IMG/VR virus record: IMGVR_UViG_3300035670_000297
Span: 1 to 51,696 of that record
Strand: one strand, 5' to 3'
From: a virus
Taxonomy: Duplodnaviria > Caudoviricetes
DNA length: 51,696 nt
Part shown: piece by piece, positions 45,280 to 51,696 of the stretch
Position numbering within the stretch: position 1 is the stretch's first letter
Layout of the letters: every line of letters starts with the position of its first letter
Translations under genes and position numbers: made by a program
Notes under the pieces: model-generated
Seen by the model: the letters and a program-made list of their open reading frames with translations, nothing else
Told to the model about the DNA's origin: nothing
Databases searched by the model: none

Positions 45280-47789
45280 CAACGACCGCGACTCCTCCGC
45301 ATCCTAGGCTTTCTCGGCTTGGTTTTGCGGAGTAGTGGGCTCTCTCGCAGGTCACTCCTGATAAACTCGGACTCCAACTCGCGACGAAGATGGGGTGCAA
45401 CGGAGGTGGGACCAGCAGCAATCGGTTCCACGTTTGATAGGGCTTCCAGCTCGGCCACGCTGAACTGACGTGGCGGCTGGAAAGTTCGAAGAGGCTGTAC
45501 CCGAGAACCAGTCTCAAGGTTCTGTACTCGAATACCGCCTCGGGCTGGAATTGGAAGGCGGGCTGGGGTAAGTCCCCCCACCTCGGGGCCCATTTGGGTC
45601 AGGACCTGGCCTCGGGGGTCCACTCGAGCCCCGATGATGCTGGTGCGTGGGAGTCCGTCGTTCTCCACGATACGAGAGGCGGTGCCTCTGGGTGCGGGGG
45701 ATGCAGGGCGTCCCGTGACTCGGGACAGCCCGGTGCGTGCGGACTGGGTCAACTCACCCTCAGTCAGAATGGGCTCAGGTCCGCCGGATCGGAGAGACGT
45801 AACATCCTTCTTGCGCAGTAGTTCGGTGTCCTCAAGGTCTGGAACAGTCCTGGGCTCCTTACCCGGCATGCGCCGGAGGTCCTCGTGATGTGCCACCAGC
45901 GCTTGAACAGCTCGATTGGCTACGTCTCGTCGGTAGATGGACAGAGCCTTGGACCGTAGGGTTGCTCGATCGGAGCTGATTGGCACCCCCAGACGCTTCT
46001 CCAGGTTGCGAATCTCCCTCTCTGCCCGTGCAGCAGTACTTCGATTGCCGTCACTCGCCTGCATGCGGAGCTGCTCAACGTCCGCCATGAAGGATTTGAT
46101 GAAGTTGGACTGTGCAACCTGAGCGTCTTCAAGTGTGCCAAATCTTCCAACACTACGTGCAAGCTTGATTGCAGCCATTTCATCGGCAGGCGTGACTTGG
46201 GCGCTTCGGATGTTCTGACGTGCCTTGTTAGACACCTTTGAGAGTCCGCCGCTTAGTTCGCCTTCTCCGGGACCCCCAGCAAGTTTGCTTAGGACCTTTT
46301 CAATCTCGAGGAGTTCTCCTTCTTCTCGAGTGCGGGTGGCCTTTCTTTGCACCTTCTGGGCCGTCTCAGTTGTGCGTTGGGCAGCGGCTCGTCCCAGGTT
46401 CACCTGGCCGGCCTGCTCCATGGTGACGGTGGCTGGAAGTCTGCGACGCAGCACCTCAGCAGTAACGTCTGGCGTGGCAGAGGCGGGGAGCTGGGGCAGC
46501 ATACGAGTGATCTTGGAGTAGGGGCCCTGCCTCAGCTGCCTCTTCCGAGCCGGAGGGGGTGTTAGTGACAAAATCTCTCTAACGTCCATAGCCGGCTGGA
46601 TGTATCGGCTGGCGTCTTGCTTGCTTAGGAAGCCGGCGGTCTCGAGCGGTTTGAGGAACTCGGGCTCCACCCCACTACCGCGCATAACTTGGATGGTCCC
46701 CCCACGGACTTCTCTGGGGATGTCACGCTTGAGACGTTCGCGTAGCCGAGACTTGAGCTGCGATTCTGCGGGTGTGTCCTCTGGTGAAGGCTTGAGTTGC
46801 TTGGCGACTTCAGCAAGTTGTGAAAACAGAAGGTCCCGCTGCTTCTTGCTGGCAGACTTCTTGCCTCGGAAGGAGGGGCGGTCGTCTCCTCGCTGCTTGG
46901 CAAACCGGCGCTCCTCGAAAGCGCGTTCGCGGTTGAGGGGTTGGATGCCCTCTGGTGGTTCTGGGGGCAGGTCGGGGCTAGCCGTCAGCTCTTCAAGCTT
47001 CTTGGTGGAAACTCTTCGGAGGGGGCGAGCCTTTGCTCCCAGCTTCTTGGAGCGGGCTTTCTGAGTGCCCTGGGCCTCCTTGAGGATGTCTATTGTTTCC
47101 TCAAGACTTGTGGCCGCCATCGCGCGCTTTGCGGTGCCGGAGTCAAGAGAGTGGGCGGCCTGGATGGCTCGAGCTTTTCCAGGCGGAATGGGGATGAGTT
47201 TATCCCCCTTCTTTGTAATTCGATAAACCTTGCCCCGCTTCGTATTGACAGACTGAACAACTTCCAAGTTCTCTGCAATCGCAAGAGTTGATGAGGAGGG
47301 GCTTTGCGCTCGGCCTGTGGGATACAGCTCCTCAATGAGGATTCCGGCTCCCCGAAGTACGCGAGACCAGTTATCGCGGAATCGGTTGGAGACCTCGGTG
47401 CGGCCTGCCCTTTTGGAGGCTTTGGAGAGCTGGTCAAAGATGTTTGCGCCGTTGGCGAGGGCTTCAGCGTTCCCGGGAACGGGCAGGACGAAGAGCTGAC
47501 CTAAAGCGTCGCCGTAAGAGGCGACTGGAACAAGAACCTTTGGGAGTTGGTAGGCGTTGTAGCCCTTGGGTCGATAACCCAGAAGCCACATTGGTCGGTT
47601 GCCACGAGGGGGAGTGTCGTAGACAAACGTGAGATCGGATGCAGAGACGAATCGGGGAGCCTTGGGACCACCAGAGGGAATGCGAATCTTCACGTCTCGG
47701 CCGAGCTGCTGAAACTCCTTCTCCATCGCGACGAGGGAGACTGGTTTCTCGGGGACGTTGGACTTGGGATTGTCTGGTGATTCTGCCAT
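45279..47789 (-). CDS. Large basic hypothetical protein, ~836 aa
   Basis: Long ORF, R/K/P-rich, no recognised motif. Confidence 0.7.
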   Translation of the reverse strand: MAESPDNPKSNVPEKPVSLVAMEKEFQQLGRDVKIRIPSGGPKAPRFVSASDLTFVYDTPPRGNRPMWLLGYRPKGYNAYQLPKVLVPVASYGDALGQLFVLPVPGNAEALANGANIFDQLSKASKRAGRTEVSNRFRDNWSRVLRGAGILIEELYPTGRAQSPSSSTLAIAENLEVVQSVNTKRGKVYRITKKGDKLIPIPPGKARAIQAAHSLDSGTAKRAMAATSLEETIDILKEAQGTQKARSKKLGAKARPLRRVSTKKLEELTASPDLPPEPPEGIQPLNRERAFEERRFAKQRGDDRPSFRGKKSASKKQRDLLFSQLAEVAKQLKPSPEDTPAESQLKSRLRERLKRDIPREVRGGTIQVMRGSGVEPEFLKPLETAGFLSKQDASRYIQPAMDVREILSLTPPPARKRQLRQGPYSKITRMLPQLPASATPDVTAEVLRRRLPATVTMEQAGQVNLGRAAAQRTTETAQKVQRKATRTREEGELLEIEKVLSKLAGGPGEGELSGGLSKVSNKARQNIRSAQVTPADEMAAIKLARSVGRFGTLEDAQVAQSNFIKSFMADVEQLRMQASDGNRSTAARAEREIRNLEKRLGVPISSDRATLRSKALSIYRRDVANRAVQALVAHHEDLRRMPGKEPRTVPDLEDTELLRKKDVTSLRSGGPEPILTEGELTQSARTGLSRVTGRPASPAPRGTASRIVENDGLPRTSIIGARVDPRGQVLTQMGPEVGGLTPARLPIPARGGIRVQNLETGSRVQPLRTFQPPRQFSVAELEALSNVEPIAAGPTSVAPHLRRELESEFIRSDLRESPLLRKTKPRKPRMRRSRGR

Positions 47790-47794
47790 TTTGC

Positions 47795-47822
47795 TTGACA
47801 ATAAGAGGTGCTGAGCTAGAGT
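47795..47822 (+). promoter_or_regulatory. Possible sigma70-type promoter for the helicase gene
   Basis: TTGACA-N16-TAGAGT in the divergent intergenic region. Confidence 0.45.
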
Positions 47823-47919
47823 GCGGATCCCCGGCGCCTAGCCCCAGCTCCTGCATGCAAATGCCAGTCGAGCCGGGAAGAGTTGCTGTAGATCAAGAAC
47901 ACAATCAGGAGGATACGCG

Positions 47920-49314
47920 ATGAAAGCGTTGACGCAACGGAACCCGTTGGGTAGTGCAGAGCCGATGCACGTAGCAAGAAGCGTGCTCAAGGCGGGATGG
48001 ACTACTCCTTTGGGGCACAAGGGTTTGCTTGAGTGGCGTGGAGAGCCGTGGGAGTGGTACGGCGGAACCTGGGTGCGCAGGGATACCAAGTGGTTGGATG
48101 AAGCGCTCTGGGTTGCCTTGGAGGATGCGCATATCGCCGTGCGTACTGCCACGGGGATGAACCTCCGCAGGCTGGCTCCGACCATGGAGACCGTGCGGAA
48201 TGTGGGTCAGGCACTGAGAGCGATTACGCGAATGCGGCATGAAGTGGCGCCGGCGTGGTTGGGCGCTGGTGAGGGCCCAGATGCCCAGTGGATCGTGAGC
48301 TTTCAGGATGTGATGGTGGACGCCCGCACGTTGGAAACGTCCCCCCGCAGTGAGTTGTGGTTTGAGCCCCATGTTTTGTCGGTCTTGTGGGAGCCCGAGG
48401 CTACGTGTCCCACGTGGGAGGGCTGTGTAGCGGAGTGGAGCGAGGGCGATCCTGCGTGGCAGGAGCTGCTCGCTAGGGCGATGGGCTACATGATGCTGCC
48501 TGATAGGGCGTTCCAGCGCTGGTTGTTGATGCACGGGAAGGTGAGGGGTGGCAAGGGCACGATCATGGGCGTCGTAAAGCAGTTGCTGGGGACGGCGGTG
48601 AAGAGCGCAAGCGTGGCCCAGTTGGCCCAGAACTTCGGGTTGTGGGGGCTGGAAAGTTCAAGAATCTTGAATGTTGCGGAGTTTGGGGCGGTGAACAGCA
48701 GGGAAGGTGAGTTGGCGGCTGCAACCCTGAAGAACATCGTGGGCGGAGATCCAGTGACGATTGACCGGAAGTACATGGAGCCGCTGCGGGATGTGCAGAT
48801 TGCGGCGTTCCCTGTAGTCCAGAGCAATGAGATCCCCAAGCTTCCGAACAGGGGTCAGGGTCTAGCGAGCAAGATGCTGGTGTTGCCGTTCACCAAGAGC
48901 TTCTTAGGCAAGGAGGACCTGGGTCTGGCGGCCAAGTTGGAGGCTGAGTTGCCTGGGATCGCGGTGTGGGCACTGAGGGGTGCGCAGAGGCTGCTGTGTG
49001 AGCAGGATTCGGCGGCTAGGTGGCCACGGCCTAGGGCGGCTGAGGACGCGTTTGAACGGTTCAGTGTGCTGAATGCCCCGATGCAGGAGTTCCTCGAGGC
49101 CAACTTCGAGGAGTGCGAGGGCGGGTTTGTCTCTACGAGCGTGATCTGGGCTAGGTGGCAGGAGTGGAAGAAGACCAACGGCCTGCGGGAGGAGCTGACT
49201 CAGGCCAAGCTGCTGCACCGGATCGTCGAGGAGAGCAGCTGGATGCTGGGAAGGGCCCGGTTGGGTAGCGAACGGATCAGGGGTTTGAAGGGCCTGAAGC
49301 TAGGCTCGGAGTAA
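47920..49314 (+). CDS. SF3 helicase, P4 alpha / D5-like C-terminal domain
   Basis: AGGAGG RBS; ATCPTW, GKVRGGKGT, NVAE, LKNIVGGD...DRKY, QSNEIP; no primase domain. Confidence 0.88.
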   Translation: MKALTQRNPLGSAEPMHVARSVLKAGWTTPLGHKGLLEWRGEPWEWYGGTWVRRDTKWLDEALWVALEDAHIAVRTATGMNLRRLAPTMETVRNVGQALRAITRMRHEVAPAWLGAGEGPDAQWIVSFQDVMVDARTLETSPRSELWFEPHVLSVLWEPEATCPTWEGCVAEWSEGDPAWQELLARAMGYMMLPDRAFQRWLLMHGKVRGGKGTIMGVVKQLLGTAVKSASVAQLAQNFGLWGLESSRILNVAEFGAVNSREGELAAATLKNIVGGDPVTIDRKYMEPLRDVQIAAFPVVQSNEIPKLPNRGQGLASKMLVLPFTKSFLGKEDLGLAAKLEAELPGIAVWALRGAQRLLCEQDSAARWPRPRAAEDAFERFSVLNAPMQEFLEANFEECEGGFVSTSVIWARWQEWKKTNGLREELTQAKLLHRIVEESSWMLGRARLGSERIRGLKGLKLGSE

Positions 49315-49315
49315 G

Positions 49316-49362
49316 GGCATATAATTCAGAGATGTCGAGTTCTGGATTTGAAGTTATATGCC
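49316..49362. repeat. AT-rich inverted repeat
   Basis: GGCATATAA(T)TCA...TGAAGTTATATGCC. Confidence 0.7.
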
Positions 49363-49413
49363 TCAACTTTATCGGGCGGTGGCGATATTGGGCTGGAAAC
49401 GGGGGTGGTTTCA

Positions 49414-49688
49414 GGGGGGTGACCACCTGTGACCACCTCCGTCCACAACTGGTGGTCTAGGTCCCACCCAATGTTATCATTGACGGTTTGGGGGGGTGAC
49501 CACTATGACCACCTGTATAGAAAAAGTCTTTATGGCTATAGTGTTCCTAGAAGGACTTTGTTGCTGGGAGGTGGTCAGCCTGGTCACCCTGGTCGGCCAG
49601 CTCCTAAAACACTTATGGCGGCCCAAAAACGCGTATTCCTGGGTGTGGGGGGCGACCACGTGTGGTGGTCAGGTGGTGGTCAGGTGGA
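49414..49688. repeat. Iteron array, putative replication origin
   Basis: TGACCAC(CT) at 49420, 49430, 49497, 49506; inverted GGTGGTC(A) at 49451, 49570, 49664, 49675 plus partial copies; AT-rich core 49516-49560. Confidence 0.7.
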
Positions 49689-50002
49689 CGCCGGCCAGAA
49701 ATTTCCAGAGCGGTGGGGCCTTTGTAAGCCCACGGCTCGCTCAGTTTGGGGGCCGGCCGCCGTTGGCGTACGCGTGCGTCAGACCGGCAGACGCTGCCCT
49801 TCGGCCATCGAGGCCTGCGGTCAGCACACAGCCGGCGGCTAGCCGGCCCTCACGTTTCACTCAATCCTGAAATCCTCTTGCTTCGGCGAAATGCGGGTTG
49901 CCCCCCGCGTGCGGTGTCGGGGTTGCAGATACAGCGTGCACTGTGCACGTCTGCTGACGACCCCGCGACTACCTCCTTTGCGTCTCAGACGCGAGGTTCA
50001 CA

Positions 50003-50368
50003 ATGCGTAACTCGTTCGCCACTATCGTCGCCGCTCAGGCTCGCGCCGCCCTCCCCGTGCTCTCCGAGATCGCGGACGCGGCGCTCCGGAAGCCCCTCGC
50101 CTTCACGGTGACGGGCTGCTCGGAGACCGCCAAGGGCGAGACCGTGCTCAACGGCACCGTCACCCACGGCAAGGTCACGTACCGTGCCGCGATCTTCGGG
50201 ATGTCCGACATCCTCGAGGCTCTCGACGGTGCGGAGCCGAAGGTCGACCTCGTGCTCAAGCTCCGGTTCGAGCGGAACGCCCGTTCGAAGGGCGTGTTCT
50301 TCGCTCGCAACCGCAGCGAGTCGGTGACGCCTGCTGAGGCGGTCGACGTGATCGACACGATCGACTGA
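50003..50368 (+). CDS. Early hypothetical protein, 121 aa
   Basis: GAGGT RBS; very biased codon usage. Confidence 0.8.
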   Translation: MRNSFATIVAAQARAALPVLSEIADAALRKPLAFTVTGCSETAKGETVLNGTVTHGKVTYRAAIFGMSDILEALDGAEPKVDLVLKLRFERNARSKGVFFARNRSESVTPAEAVDVIDTID

Positions 50369-50382
50369 CCCACACGGGAGAG

Positions 50383-50415
50383 GGGGTAGACCAGGCTCGT
50401 AGCTTGGTCTACCCC
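50383..50415 (+). promoter_or_regulatory. Intergenic hairpin with CGT loop
   Basis: GGGGTAGACCAGGCT-CGT-AGCTTGGTCTACCCC. Confidence 0.65.
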
Positions 50416-50441
50416 AATCCCATTTCTACGAAAGGAACGCT

Positions 50442-50597
50442 ATGTCAGCCATTGAGATTGCACTCGCGTCTGTCCTCATCACTACGCTCCTCGGCCTCGG
50501 CTTCGCGCTCGCGGCCATACGTACCCCCGCCTCCCGCAAGGAGATGGGCATTCGCCTCCAGGACGACGACTTCGACTGGACAGACTCTCGAGACTGA
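50442..50597 (+). CDS. Small membrane protein, 51 aa
   Basis: GAAAGGA RBS; MSAIEIALASVLITTLLGLGFALAAIR...; not in the ORF track. Confidence 0.7.
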   Translation: MSAIEIALASVLITTLLGLGFALAAIRTPASRKEMGIRLQDDDFDWTDSRD

Positions 50598-50610
50598 CCA
50601 ACGGCCAGGG

Positions 50611-50671
50611 AAATGCTGGTCGTACCCCCGGCGTCGGGCAGGGTGAGCGCGTTGCTCGTCCTGCCCACGCC
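50611..50671 (+). promoter_or_regulatory. Repeated intergenic element, copy 1
   Basis: AAATGCTGGT..ACCCCCGG plus hairpin with apex GAGCGCGTTGCTC. Confidence 0.65.
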
Positions 50672-50699
50672 ACTCATCTCTCACATAGGAGACACACAC

Positions 50700-50861
50700 G
50701 TGCTTAACTTTGGTAATCCGATTCGGCAGTGCACAGAGACTGGACAATGGTTCTTCTGGTTCGAGTGCGAGACGCAACACTCTCAGCTCTATCCGACTAA
50801 GGAGAGTTGCGAAGAGGCACTCGCTGCGTACTGCGAAGACTTGGATAGTCTCACTCTCTAA
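50700..50861 (+). CDS. Small hypothetical protein, 53 aa
   Basis: TAGGAG RBS then GTG. Confidence 0.7.
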   Translation: MLNFGNPIRQCTETGQWFFWFECETQHSQLYPTKESCEEALAAYCEDLDSLTL

Positions 50862-50880
50862 CCTCTGAAAGGAGATACAC

Positions 50881-51231
50881 ATGCGCAATACCACTTGTCC
50901 TCACTGCGGCGGATGCATGATGGGAGACGGAGTCACCACTCCCATTCATTGCGAACGCGTCATACTGATCTTCGACCATTACGAGGAACCCGACTGCGAC
51001 CCCATCACCTGCGCTCATGAGCCGATCGAGGAAGACCCGGGCGACCATCCAGACTGGTACCCCGCCTCACCCTCATCGACTCCCCGTAACCCACTCTATG
51101 GGGACACACTCACCGAGCAGGAGATGGCGAACGGCTGGCACTACTGCCCCGCCTTCGACTACCTCCTCACCCAGGGTGAGAACCGTACCGGGGACCGCTG
51201 CTACTGCGGCCACCCCAATCACTCCGTCTAA
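50881..51231 (+). CDS. Cys/His-rich (zinc-finger-like) protein, 116 aa
   Basis: AAAGGAG RBS; CPHCG, HCE, WHYC, CYCG. Confidence 0.75.
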   Translation: MRNTTCPHCGGCMMGDGVTTPIHCERVILIFDHYEEPDCDPITCAHEPIEEDPGDHPDWYPASPSSTPRNPLYGDTLTEQEMANGWHYCPAFDYLLTQGENRTGDRCYCGHPNHSV

Positions 51232-51249
51232 CCCAGCAGACTGCTAGGC

Positions 51250-51311
51250 AAATGCTGGTTGACCCCCGGTGGGCAGGCGGGGTGCAGCGCGTGCTGTGCC
51301 CCGCCCCCACC
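51250..51311 (+). promoter_or_regulatory. Repeated intergenic element, copy 2
   Basis: AAATGCTGGT..ACCCCCGG plus hairpin with apex CAGCGCGTGCTG. Confidence 0.65.
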
Positions 51312-51335
51312 TCCACATCTACACAGGAGAGACAC

Positions 51336-51674
51336 GTGCCACAATCTACAGCTACCCCCATCACTGACTCCGCCTTCGCCGGCGTCCTCAAGCACGCCTC
51401 GAAGGCGCTCTTCCGTCAGACCCGAGTCTTCGAAGAGGTCCTCTTCACCGATGACTACGGGTTCCTCAACCCACTCATCGACAAGGAAGAGATCACGGTC
51501 GCCGAGTTGGAGGCCATGCTCACCGCATGCGAACGGCTCACCGCCATCGCACGCATGGTCCACCTCGCCACTCGCAACCACCTCAACCAGAAGGACGGTG
51601 GCCCCTCCGTCATTGCCACGTCCGACCTGTCAGACATCCGCAACTACCTCGACAACGCGAAGCGCAAGCCATGA
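51336..51674 (+). CDS. Hypothetical protein, 112 aa
   Basis: AGGAG RBS then GTG. Confidence 0.75.
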   Translation: MPQSTATPITDSAFAGVLKHASKALFRQTRVFEEVLFTDDYGFLNPLIDKEEITVAELEAMLTACERLTAIARMVHLATRNHLNQKDGGPSVIATSDLSDIRNYLDNAKRKP

Positions 51675-51696
51675 TCGCCTTCGCATTCGGCTTCCT

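Noticed and set aside
49414-49688. Mini CRISPR array
   Set aside because: Repeats are 7-9 bp, irregularly spaced and in both orientations
51570-51696. Biological terminal repeat or att site
   Set aside because: Exactly 127 bp and cuts through coding sequence, so it is best explained as assembler k-mer overlap

Overview
The window is one apparently complete, circularly assembled GC-rich tailed-phage genome. The unique length is 51,569 bp, because bases 1-127 repeat at 51570-51696. The + strand carries small early genes (50.0 kb round to 4.5 kb) and a replication/recombination block: family-4-like uracil-DNA glycosylase, family A DNA polymerase, ERCC4 nuclease, PD-(D/E)XK nuclease, Sak4-like ATPase, SSB-like proteins and a MoxR/CobS AAA + vWA pair. 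An SF3 helicase is followed by an iteron-rich putative origin. The - strand (47.8 to 16.5 kb) carries a podovirus-like morphogenesis operon: TerL, portal, scaffold, major capsid, adaptor, nozzle and ejection-like proteins. I found no integrase, repressor, primase, endolysin, tape measure, tRNA or CRISPR. The most unusual observations are: (1) a 124-aa gene with its own RBS nested out-of-frame inside polA while the polymerase frame stays open across it; (2) the non-palindromic motif (G)TCCCCCCAC(G), found about 30 times genome-wide in several reading frames and both orientations; (3) a family of intergenic RNA hairpins with a shared CGU-loop apex; (4) a large structured non-coding element upstream of an SSB-like gene. 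All product calls come from motif reading by eye, with no database searches.
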